This document shows positions 17,886 through 27,184 of a stretch of DNA of 64,000 nucleotides, in pieces. Under the pieces are notes generated by a model that saw only the letters and a program-made list of their open reading frames with translations, ran no database searches and was not told where the DNA came from. Position 1 is the first letter of the stretch. The number at the start of each line of letters is the position of its first letter. The DNA lies in IMG/VR virus record IMGVR_UViG_3300005288_000001, positions 108,502 to 172,501 of that record. The stretch is one strand, 5' to 3'. Origin of the DNA: a virus. The position numbers and the translations under genes were made by a program.

Positions 17886-20546
17886 TTAGAACTTAAAGAC
17901 AGTGCTAATTGTAATTTTCTCGGATGTGTCGTCCATTGGAGTGAACGGAATTTGATTGTCTTGATAGAGCAAATCACCAGAGTATTTATCAAGAGTAGGA
18001 GCAGTAATAGTGGCAGCTGAGAATGAATCTCCGCCATAATTGAAAACATCTCCTACAACTGGAATCGCATTGTCCATAGATTGCAATACGATAGAATTCG
18101 TAGCACTATGAATAACACGATAACGAACCGAGAAGTTAAAGCGCAGAGTAGCACCGTTCACAACACCAGCAATTGGCGATGATACAGTGATCGTCTGAAC
18201 AGTAATATCAGTAATCACAGTTCCCAGGACAGCTCCAGGAGCAGCCACAGGCATACCAACAGACAAACCAGCTACCGAAGACAAAGTAAATTGTGTACCG
18301 GAGATAGCATTGGTAACCGTTGGGTTAATAGAGTTAGTTAGCGGAATGACAGTGACAACTGTATCAGCAACAAAGCTCGCAGGAACCGTAGTGGTCGGTG
18401 AAGCCGTCCAGCAAGCACTTAGCGTTGAAGCTGTGGCGAAGACTGGGGCACCAAATCCATATGGATTCTTGATCAGACCGAATTGACGGTAATCAGCTTC
18501 AAGCGAAATACCATTGACCAAGTCCTTAGATACACCCGAATGGAACATCAATGTGCGCGTGAACAGGCTTCGAACAGCGTTCTTACTGTGGCCACCATAA
18601 GGTCCGATGATCGCACGAGCCGAAGCACCTGTACCACCGCCACCTGTAATTACAATTTCAACCTTCTTGTATCCTGAACCTGGAATGGTCACATTGATTC
18701 CACTAACACGACCAGCGGAGATTGTTGCCACAGCCGAAGCTCCGGTGCCATCACCACGAATCGATACAGTTGGAATAGTCGTGTAACCATAACCACCGGA
18801 AACTACTGGGATGGTATAGATAGCTCCGTCTACCGAAGTCAATTCTGTATTGGATTGAAGAGTAGAAACGTCGCCAAAAAGCAAGTCTACTTCCAGAACC
18901 GCACCAGTACCTGTTCCAGTAACTGTGATATCTGCTTCGTTGTATCCGACGCCTGATTCAACGATAATCGTTCCGGTAATTCCACCGCTTTGGATGATAG
19001 GAAAGATACGAGCTTCAGACTTAGATGCAATGGAGTTCACAACTGCTGGAGTCGTGATAGTTCCTGTGCCAGTTACAGCGATAGTTGGAGCTGATTGGTA
19101 ACCTGCACCTGATTGTCCAAGAACAACACCAACCGCACCAGTACCACCTCCACCAAAGCTGGTGACGGTTGGAAGAGCGGTCAATTGGTTATAAGCGCGA
19201 TTGGTAATATCGACTCGGTAAATCTTACCGTTCTTGGCGTATGAAACACCAGTAACTGCAGGATTGCTGAAGGTCATCGTGTTAGGACCGTTGGAGTAAC
19301 CAGTACCACCAGCAGTAACTTCCACACCACGAACACCTTGGAGCAGCGTTGTGCTATTGATCGCACCGGCGGAAACCGTTGCAGTCGCTTCGGCAGTCAT
19401 ACCAACAAACTTATAGAAGACCGAACCCTGCGCAACCGAACCTGATTGGTGAGTTGGTGGAGTAGCAGTTGAGATACCACCAACGGTGATTTCGTAGAAG
19501 TTCTTCAGGTATGAAACGAACTGTCCAACAACGTAGCTTCGACCAGAAGCCCAAGCACTTGAGTTCTTTACTGGAGGACTGAACGTCAGAGTTGCTGCAG
19601 TGTAGCCTGCGCCAGCAGTGGCCACAGTTAGACCTGTAACGTAAAATGGGTTCTCCGGTAGATAACCGTCGCCAGATACAACCAGCTTTGTAGATTCGTC
19701 GTAGCCCGAACCCATCGAATCGATACGAATATTGCGGATTTCACCTGACGAATAGAACTGACTCTTCAGGGAAGTTGCAACCGGAATGTACTTCGATGTT
19801 AGGAACTTGGTACGCAGAGCGATAGGAATAGTCAGCAAGAATTTCCAGACATAGCCGTCGCTGGTCTTCAGCGGGCTGGCGGAAGTACCGTATGGTTGTT
19901 CCGTAGAGATTGCACCAGCGTTGTTATCGATACAGACGTAGACATTGAAGTCATCGGTCATCACGTAAAACTGTGAGTCTTCAAGACGAACAACGTTATT
20001 CTGAGCAACAGCTAGAACACCTGTTGCAGTTGCACCAATACCACCTCCGCCAGTGAACGAAATCGTCAATGGATTGGTAGTTGAGTTGGTGTAGCCGCTT
20101 CCGCCAGAGGTTACTGTAACGCTCGTAATACGACCGGTAGATGCAGAGATAGTTGCAGTAGCACGGGCGTCAGAACCAGTTCCGGTAATGTTTACGGCTG
20201 GCGCAGTAGTGTATCCCGAACCACCTGACAAGAGGTTGATGCCAACCAGGGCTGTAGAATATTGGTCGTCATAACGATCATAGATGTTATTGACCTTCCA
20301 GTCGATACGACGAATAACCAGGCTTGCGTCGTTACTCTGAATCTGCTTCGCGTAGATGATATCCGCACGAGTATCAAGTTCATTCTTGTAGCTATCCAGG
20401 ACAGCGAATGGCATGAAATCAATATCCCATGGCTGGGTGCGGCCAAGGAAGTAAAAGAAGCGACTTGTCTTGTTGTTGATTTCGTTCAGGATCGCATCCG
20501 CAACAGCACCCTTTAGATTTGTTTTGATCAGGACAGAGTTAGCCAT
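17886..20546 (-). CDS. gp8: Baseplate wedge protein with inserted GSGY repeat domains
   Basis: FFYFLGRTQPW, VIRRIDW, FYVMTDDFNVYVCIDN, DGYVWKFL, DYRQFGLIKNP. Start moved to the ATG at 20546, just after the upstream stop. Confidence 0.85.
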   Translation of the reverse strand: MANSVLIKTNLKGAVADAILNEINNKTSRFFYFLGRTQPWDIDFMPFAVLDSYKNELDTRADIIYAKQIQSNDASLVIRRIDWKVNNIYDRYDDQYSTALVGINLLSGGSGYTTAPAVNITGTGSDARATATISASTGRITSVTVTSGGSGYTNSTTNPLTISFTGGGGIGATATGVLAVAQNNVVRLEDSQFYVMTDDFNVYVCIDNNAGAISTEQPYGTSASPLKTSDGYVWKFLLTIPIALRTKFLTSKYIPVATSLKSQFYSSGEIRNIRIDSMGSGYDESTKLVVSGDGYLPENPFYVTGLTVATAGAGYTAATLTFSPPVKNSSAWASGRSYVVGQFVSYLKNFYEITVGGISTATPPTHQSGSVAQGSVFYKFVGMTAEATATVSAGAINSTTLLQGVRGVEVTAGGTGYSNGPNTMTFSNPAVTGVSYAKNGKIYRVDITNRAYNQLTALPTVTSFGGGGTGAVGVVLGQSGAGYQSAPTIAVTGTGTITTPAVVNSIASKSEARIFPIIQSGGITGTIIVESGVGYNEADITVTGTGTGAVLEVDLLFGDVSTLQSNTELTSVDGAIYTIPVVSGGYGYTTIPTVSIRGDGTGASAVATISAGRVSGINVTIPGSGYKKVEIVITGGGGTGASARAIIGPYGGHSKNAVRSLFTRTLMFHSGVSKDLVNGISLEADYRQFGLIKNPYGFGAPVFATASTLSACWTASPTTTVPASFVADTVVTVIPLTNSINPTVTNAISGTQFTLSSVAGLSVGMPVAAPGAVLGTVITDITVQTITVSSPIAGVVNGATLRFNFSVRYRVIHSATNSIVLQSMDNAIPVVGDVFNYGGDSFSAATITAPTLDKYSGDLLYQDNQIPFTPMDDTSEKITISTVFKF

Positions 20547-20547
20547 A

Positions 20548-21003
20548 TTATACGATAGAGATAGTCCAGATGAAGACAATATTGTCGCCAGCTGCTTTGT
20601 TGATTGCGGAGAAGGTGGTGCGGCTCAGCATAGTTCCACCAGAAGAGGCGCTAAAGATTCCAGCTTCAAGAATGTTGGGGTTCGTACCAGTACCAGCTGG
20701 GAACGTTGCAACGAATTGAACGTTGTTTGCAGATGGTGTACCACCGGCAACTCCAACAGCAACACGTGCAATTTCGGTCGTCAGGGCAATATCAGTTGCC
20801 AGAGGCGCAGAAAGAGCCGAAGGGGCACCGATCGCCATATGGGTCATAGGCGCCACCACGTTTCCGGCCATACGGCTGGCAATGAATGCCTTACCAGTAT
20901 CCACCACCAGATTCTTAATGACACGATCCTCGATCAAATCTCCATCAGCATTGTAATGAAGAATTTGGAGATAGCCAATAGCGGAGACTTTATCTTTAAA
21001 CAT
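20548..21003 (-). CDS. Small baseplate/fibre-associated structural protein
   Basis: NLVVDTGK..THMAIG..EAGIF..GTMLSRTTF..NK..D..WTI. Confidence 0.75.
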   Translation of the reverse strand: MFKDKVSAIGYLQILHYNADGDLIEDRVIKNLVVDTGKAFIASRMAGNVVAPMTHMAIGAPSALSAPLATDIALTTEIARVAVGVAGGTPSANNVQFVATFPAGTGTNPNILEAGIFSASSGGTMLSRTTFSAINKAAGDNIVFIWTISIV

Positions 21004-21010
21004 GAGTTAT

Positions 21011-23512
21011 TTAGGCCATCAGTGAGAAATCGCCGACCGCTGTACTGCGGGCAACATAAACTGTAGTGTTATCCGTACGACGAACAATTTCGCCAGCGTA
21101 CATTGGAGTTGCTGCAGCGAGGGTTGTTGCGTTGGCAAAACGACGACGCATATCCGTAATCAGAGTCGATGGTGACGAACTACCGTAGTCGTGGACAACA
21201 CGATCAAAGAAGAACTTACCAATTTCAGCGAAGTACGTATCGTCAGTCAGAGTTACAGTCGAAGCTGTTGACCAGGTACGAACAGTGGTACGTGCCTTCA
21301 GCAACGCACCGGAAGCCTTGAAGACCTTAATCTTACGAGTAGTCGCTCCGATCAGGGAGAACAATTCAACCAAGATATCATAGGTGCGAAGACCTGTCAT
21401 GTCGAATTCTTCAGTATCGGATCCAGAAGACGCCAAGTCAATCAGCCATGCGCGGTAGCAGGTTTCAACAGTTCCGTCAAGAACCATATTACGGAAGCCT
21501 TGCGTACGAAGCGCCGAGATCATGTTGGTGCACTGGATGAAGTTGATACGAACGTTCTTGGTAGCAGCGTTACAACGAAGACGAACACCGTTGAAGTTTC
21601 CTGCCGTATTAGTTCCATCAAGAACCAGGTTCACGGCGCGGAAGTTATCCATAACATAGTTCGCCATGGTGCTCGAAACGTCAAGCAACGCGTGGTCGTC
21701 AGTACCAGTTAGAGCAGAACGAATGTCATTTGCCGTCAGTTCAATGCTGATGTTGCTCGCTGCACCAGTGATGGAACCACCAGATGGAAGATAACGAGTA
21801 ACCAAAACCGCACGGTCGGCCACGCAATTGTAAACCTTAGCCTTCAAGTTTACGTCGTGTGGTGGTAGCGAGTTGAAGTTTGCATCATTGATAATTGTAA
21901 TTGGGTCGGACGTGCAACCTTCAATTTCCAGATCAGCGTTAACGCAAGACGTTAGCAGAGCGCCCTTACCAAAGTTGTTCTGCTTAGCACCAGCCGAAGT
22001 CAGATTACACATCGCCTTTCCACGAACGGTGGAAGTGAAGTCGCCAGCCATAGCCATTGGGTTGGTCGCAGAAGTGTATCCATTACCACTGAACGAGAAG
22101 CAAACAACAGCCATTGGGGCCATCCATGCAGGGTCAGTTGGCTTGTCTTGGTAGGCTACAAAGTCGAGTTCGTATTGTCCCATTTCAGCCCAAACGTGCG
22201 ATGGAGCAAAGAACGGATCACCGTTTGTATCAACACCAATCAGACGCTTGTAGCCAACGTTGCGCGAAGAGCAACGTTGAATACGACCTGGGAAGCAAGC
22301 GCGAATGAACCATGATTCAACGCCACAATCCTCAGCCTTGCAATCTATGATGTTGATGCTACGATTGATTTGTGCGTAGGTTGTTACAGGAATCGATGGC
22401 ATTAGCAGCAGGGCTGCGGTGAAAGTCGTCAGAATTTCACGGAATTGAATACCGGCGCGGTCACCAAATCCGGTAGGAAGCATGGTGGTTGGGTAGGCGT
22501 CCGAGGCACCGTCGCGGAGGTGCGAACAATTGATAGCAGTGAAATTCGTGCATCCGCCACCAGTCATACCGTTCGTGGCACTGTCTTGTGTACGAACACC
22601 GTTAACCAGAACATTTTCGCACTGCCAGAAGACCAGGCCATTCAGATATGCGTTCTTGACCAGGCCGTTTTCAATGTAGATATTACGAGCTGGAGTTGTG
22701 TTATCAGTTGCTGGCGTGAACTCAAAGATACCGTTCGTACGACGACCAGCAGCACCAATGGATGTTGCGCCACGGCCGAAATCACTGTTCGTTGTAGGAT
22801 ACGTTTGGTTGTCACGGTTGCCGTCAGCGGTCCAAGTTCCTAGGAGCGAGAATCCTTGAACACCCTGAACACGCATGAATGCTGTAAAGTTGCCGCGCGA
22901 ACCGTTCGTGTTAGTGATAGCTCCGTTGGCAATCTTGAACGTTGTATTCCAGCAGCGCCATACATGGCAACTGTTGTTGAGAATAGTTTCGCCGGTCGTG
23001 ATTGTATACGTGCGTTCTGGGAAGTCCAGAGCCTTGGCGCTGTTTACAGCTGCCTGGATAGTTTGAGCGTCGGTGAAACCAGCCTTACGGAACTCTTCAA
23101 CGTTGACGAAGTCAAGTTGACGATCTTTTTGTGTACGTGTGACGTAATCAGTTCCTAGCTTGTAGGCAAGGATAGCGAAACCGTCGGTTTGTGGCGAAGC
23201 ATTCAGACCAGCAATGAACGTGTCCGTATTAGGAACCGTACCTGCCTTGAATGTGGTGATACCTGAATTGGTAGTTCCAAGATTCGTCGTGAGCGTCGAT
23301 AAGGCATCACTAACGTTTCCAGCACCATGTCCAACATAGGTCGAACCAACTGTCGAAGCAATGTTATTGTCGAATGCCTGCAGTTGCGCAGTACGATTAG
23401 CCAATGCCTGCGCTTGGGCATTCATTGGACCCGATGGACCAGCTAAAGCCTGTGTTGTAGTCTCCAAGCGAATAACATCATCCCATGAAGGAACGGGTAC
23501 TAGATTTGTCAT
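21011..23512 (-). CDS. Tailspike / depolymerase (right-handed beta-helix)
   Basis: Attachment N-terminus (W..VIRLETT..GP.GPMNAQAQALANRT), cap FVNVEEF..DAQTIQAAVN, then beta-helix repeats. Confidence 0.8.
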   Translation of the reverse strand: MTNLVPVPSWDDVIRLETTTQALAGPSGPMNAQAQALANRTAQLQAFDNNIASTVGSTYVGHGAGNVSDALSTLTTNLGTTNSGITTFKAGTVPNTDTFIAGLNASPQTDGFAILAYKLGTDYVTRTQKDRQLDFVNVEEFRKAGFTDAQTIQAAVNSAKALDFPERTYTITTGETILNNSCHVWRCWNTTFKIANGAITNTNGSRGNFTAFMRVQGVQGFSLLGTWTADGNRDNQTYPTTNSDFGRGATSIGAAGRRTNGIFEFTPATDNTTPARNIYIENGLVKNAYLNGLVFWQCENVLVNGVRTQDSATNGMTGGGCTNFTAINCSHLRDGASDAYPTTMLPTGFGDRAGIQFREILTTFTAALLLMPSIPVTTYAQINRSINIIDCKAEDCGVESWFIRACFPGRIQRCSSRNVGYKRLIGVDTNGDPFFAPSHVWAEMGQYELDFVAYQDKPTDPAWMAPMAVVCFSFSGNGYTSATNPMAMAGDFTSTVRGKAMCNLTSAGAKQNNFGKGALLTSCVNADLEIEGCTSDPITIINDANFNSLPPHDVNLKAKVYNCVADRAVLVTRYLPSGGSITGAASNISIELTANDIRSALTGTDDHALLDVSSTMANYVMDNFRAVNLVLDGTNTAGNFNGVRLRCNAATKNVRINFIQCTNMISALRTQGFRNMVLDGTVETCYRAWLIDLASSGSDTEEFDMTGLRTYDILVELFSLIGATTRKIKVFKASGALLKARTTVRTWSTASTVTLTDDTYFAEIGKFFFDRVVHDYGSSSPSTLITDMRRRFANATTLAAATPMYAGEIVRRTDNTTVYVARSTAVGDFSLMA

Positions 23513-23529
23513 TTATTTCCTTATTCTAT

Positions 23530-23537
23530 TATTTATA
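23530..23537 (-). promoter_or_regulatory. T4-type late promoter TATAAATA
   Basis: Exact consensus just upstream of the tailspike ATG. Confidence 0.75.
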
Positions 23538-24966
23538 CAGAATCGATTCCGTTTAGCAATTCAGAACCATCTAGAATCCAACTACCATCCAGGTACAGAT
23601 ATCCCTTAGTTCCAGTGATAATTTCCGCCTCAACCTCAAAGCTCATATCCAATTCAACGTCAAGATTGAATTCGCCGAAGAGTGCGGTTCCGGCAGGGTG
23701 CAACAGGGACTTCAGAACGCCACTGTAATCATCAAGAGTTCGGTCAAGCTTCACAACATATGAGAAGACCTGGTAGTATTTGCTATCCTGGATGAACATC
23801 GCATCGGATAGGAAACCTGAATTGGTTGAGAAGTATCCAGGAAACTTAACGACCGGTCCAGTCAAAACCTCAATGCTAGCTGCAGAATCGTCATCGACGA
23901 TAATTGCGGTACCAACGTCAAAGAACGAACCAAGAGGCTGACCAACGTAGCTGTTATCCCACACGTCCAAGTTAGACGTGTAATCATACTTCGTGATAAT
24001 ACCATAGTCCGACAGAGGATCAGTTGTTTCTACCAACTGTAGATTATACGTTCCGGCGCTGTACGACGTGCTAAAACCAGGAGCAGTTGATGATTGCTCA
24101 ATACTCTTGGCGAATAGCGATGTCGTGTACGAGGTAACGTAGTTGATACCAGCGCTGATCAATTCTGATTGTAGAATAGAACCTTCAGAGTCAACCTTCG
24201 TAATCTTAAGAACCGCACCAGTACCAGTGGAAGTATTGATCGAATACAACTCACCGATCTTAAAACCCTTCCCGCCGTAAGTCACAGTAATTTTGACTGT
24301 ACTTGGAACGATTTCACCAACGAAGGTCATGGAATCGCCAACGTATTTGAATGCATCGCCTACGTTGATCTTACCAAAATAATTCTTGTTGATGTTGATC
24401 TGGAACGTGTTAGGGTCGATGATCAGATTCTTATTATCATCATAGATCAGGACAGGATCAATCTTCTCAACGAAGACCTGAATAACAGTTCCGCCGCTGT
24501 TGATATTGATTAGCTTTCCGACCAGGGCTGCAGGATCGCCAATTTGTTCCGAGAAACGAACGAAGATAGAGAACGGTTGTACCCAGCGACCATCTGACGG
24601 GATGAGCATCTGCTGACCCGGATATGTGATGTCGGTTTCGCGACCATACAGCATACGGAACAGCAACTTGAACGATGACGAAGAACCCTTCGCATCATAC
24701 AAGTCTCGAATGTGAGAAGCCTTAAAACGATTGTTGGCGATATCAAATGGAATCTTTGGGGCGATTTCAGATTTGATGTGCTCAACAAATTCAGCGACCG
24801 ATTCATCCAAGTCACGAATGGTATCCATGTCTACTATGACACCTGTCTCATCCAGATAGTCGTAGTATGCCTGAATGAACGCAACGAACGTTTGATATTC
24901 GGTTCGTACAAATTCCGGCAATTGGGCCGGAATCAGATCAGAGATTTTTACTCGGTCTAGTGCCAT
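23533..24966 (-). CDS. gp7: Baseplate wedge initiator (short form)
   Basis: QLPEFVRTEY..FIQAYY; LYDAKGS..FKLLFR; IQDSKYYQVFSYV; LLHPAGTALFG. Confidence 0.85.
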   Translation of the reverse strand: MALDRVKISDLIPAQLPEFVRTEYQTFVAFIQAYYDYLDETGVIVDMDTIRDLDESVAEFVEHIKSEIAPKIPFDIANNRFKASHIRDLYDAKGSSSSFKLLFRMLYGRETDITYPGQQMLIPSDGRWVQPFSIFVRFSEQIGDPAALVGKLININSGGTVIQVFVEKIDPVLIYDDNKNLIIDPNTFQININKNYFGKINVGDAFKYVGDSMTFVGEIVPSTVKITVTYGGKGFKIGELYSINTSTGTGAVLKITKVDSEGSILQSELISAGINYVTSYTTSLFAKSIEQSSTAPGFSTSYSAGTYNLQLVETTDPLSDYGIITKYDYTSNLDVWDNSYVGQPLGSFFDVGTAIIVDDDSAASIEVLTGPVVKFPGYFSTNSGFLSDAMFIQDSKYYQVFSYVVKLDRTLDDYSGVLKSLLHPAGTALFGEFNLDVELDMSFEVEAEIITGTKGYLYLDGSWILDGSELLNGIDSV

Positions 24967-26798
24967 TATTTACTCGAAGTGAAGGTGTAACCATATCCAC
25001 CACGCAGGTCACCCAGAGAAGTCTTGTCGCTGATTACAGTAACATTCAGATGGTCCGGATCAATACGTGCGATCTGCGTAAGAGCTGATACAACGTCGTT
25101 AGAATCTGGATTGATCGAGAACGTCAAAGTGTTGTTCGGTGTAGATTCGATACGCAGGTTCTTGATGTCAAGAATACCCTTCGCGTAATCCACAGTACCA
25201 ATCTTCGAATTAACAATGATACCTTTTGCTTCGTTGTTGTCGTAACAGACTTGGATGTTACCTTGGCCGTCGTCACGCATATAATACACTTGAGCGTCGT
25301 TTGGCAGATAGAACTCCGAACTAACAACCGCACCAGGGATGCTAATTTGCTCGATTGGGTTGATCAGGTTGATCAGGTACTGCGCCGAAACACCATACTT
25401 TGGTTCAACTGAACGACGAATAGTTACTCGTGTAATGTTGTTTGTCACTGATGGATCCGCGCCGTCGATAACCGACGTCAGCTTCGAGTAACGAAGAACG
25501 CCGTTGAACTTCTGCAGATACGACGAATCATAGGCAGTAATGGCATCCTTGACAAGACCAGCAATGTCGTTTGTGTTCTTGGTAGTTGCAGACTCGTTGT
25601 AGTACACGGTAACGTCCAGACCAATGTCAATGTATTCCGGGTCAACCATAATTGGGCTGATCGAAACCATGTTTTTGGAACTTAGGATAGTGTTAACGAC
25701 GTAAGACTTCTGCGCGTCGTTCAGACGGTCAACGTTCTTTGGCTTAACACAAACAAAGACCTTGCCGTAGATTGGTGGCACGTTGTCTTCCCCACCCCAA
25801 ACAGATACGAATTCAGTTTCAGGTAGTTGTGAAAGGATAAGCGATTGGTAATCTTCTGTCGTCACCGCACGGTTACGAGCTGAATAGAACTTAGGAGCGT
25901 TGAACTTGATGTTCGAAACGCTTTCTTGGTCCGAACCACCCGAAGCCGAAGTCAGAACAGTAACAACAGCCGTTCCGCCAGCAAGCGAAGAACCGCCATA
26001 GGTGAAGCTTGTAGCTCCGTTAACTGCACCCTTGCTTGTTACGAAGTATTCAATGTGAACGATGTTTCCGTTGCTCAGCGCCTTACCAATCGAACCATCG
26101 CCAAAGACGATTTCATACATACCATCATCGATTTCCTTGAGGAAGTATGCGGTGGTATCTGGTTCAACGTCTGCAATAGACGAAGTCAGGTTGAAAGTCG
26201 TGTAGATGTTTGAGTTGGAACTTTCCTGGACCTTAACCGTGATAGTCGACGTGTCGCAATTCTGGTTAGGAATTAAGAAGCGAACACCATCGGCCACGGT
26301 ATAATCATAGGATAGTGGTGCACCTTCGATCAGTTCTACACCAGAGAACAGATAATTGGTATTATCGTTGGTCGTACGAACAGCCGTGTATTCACGGTTC
26401 GTGAAGAACGTGTAGCTGGTTCCATCTACCGAAGTTGTGAATGGACTGTACTTTGAAAGCAAAATCGAGTCAGGCGACGAGGTAGGTGCCACGACTTGGA
26501 TGTTAACCGTTGCCTTTGCTGACGAAGCTGAACGTGGTGTGTATCCCAAAGTCTTGGCAAGCGATACAACACTGTTACGCTTGACAGCTGAATCCAGGAA
26601 CGATTCGTTGACGGCCAAGTTCGTGTAAAGAGCGTTGTAGTGCGTGTTGTATGCGAGAACGTCCAGCAGAACGGAAAGGCCAGAGCCTTCAAAGTCATAG
26701 TCCGAGAACAGCGACTGACCCTTCATGAAGGTCTTCAGCGACTCCTTAATCTTATCGAAGTCTAGCTCAGACGTTGTGATTTTATTATTGTTTGCCAT
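24966..26798 (-). CDS. gp6: Baseplate wedge subunit
   Basis: ELDFDKIK..DYDFEGSGLSVLLDVLAYNTHY; RAVTTEDY; WGGEDN.PP.YGKV. Confidence 0.95.
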   Translation of the reverse strand: MANNNKITTSELDFDKIKESLKTFMKGQSLFSDYDFEGSGLSVLLDVLAYNTHYNALYTNLAVNESFLDSAVKRNSVVSLAKTLGYTPRSASSAKATVNIQVVAPTSSPDSILLSKYSPFTTSVDGTSYTFFTNREYTAVRTTNDNTNYLFSGVELIEGAPLSYDYTVADGVRFLIPNQNCDTSTITVKVQESSNSNIYTTFNLTSSIADVEPDTTAYFLKEIDDGMYEIVFGDGSIGKALSNGNIVHIEYFVTSKGAVNGATSFTYGGSSLAGGTAVVTVLTSASGGSDQESVSNIKFNAPKFYSARNRAVTTEDYQSLILSQLPETEFVSVWGGEDNVPPIYGKVFVCVKPKNVDRLNDAQKSYVVNTILSSKNMVSISPIMVDPEYIDIGLDVTVYYNESATTKNTNDIAGLVKDAITAYDSSYLQKFNGVLRYSKLTSVIDGADPSVTNNITRVTIRRSVEPKYGVSAQYLINLINPIEQISIPGAVVSSEFYLPNDAQVYYMRDDGQGNIQVCYDNNEAKGIIVNSKIGTVDYAKGILDIKNLRIESTPNNTLTFSINPDSNDVVSALTQIARIDPDHLNVTVISDKTSLGDLRGGYGYTFTSSK

Positions 26799-27184
26799 TA
26801 GCGTGTTCGTTCAAGAATCAGGTCAACTGAAAGTGGAAGTTCCGTATTCACGATACGGAAGAAGATAGTCACTGTAATTTCGTGGCTGTCATTTTGATAC
26901 AGCACATCTACCGAAATAAGAACTACTCGTGGTTCATAGTTATTTATCACATCCGTAATAGATTTCTTTAGACGAATGGATAAAGATGGACCTGTCAATT
27001 CAAATAGCAGGTCAGGAACGTTCGTGCCAATTTCAGAATGGAATAGACGTTCGTAATAGCGAGTCATGACAAGGTGCTTGACCGCAGCCTTAATTGCCGA
27101 TGCGTCATACTTCAACGCGATATCCCCTGTTACAGGGTGGCGCGTGAAGTTCATATCGATGTCCGTATATGTACGAGTTGCCAT
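26798..27184 (-). CDS. gp25: Baseplate wedge / sheath initiator
   Basis: YTDIDMNF..HPVTGD..ERLF..IG..I.NYEPRV. Confidence 0.92.
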   Translation of the reverse strand: MATRTYTDIDMNFTRHPVTGDIALKYDASAIKAAVKHLVMTRYYERLFHSEIGTNVPDLLFELTGPSLSIRLKKSITDVINNYEPRVVLISVDVLYQNDSHEITVTIFFRIVNTELPLSVDLILERTR

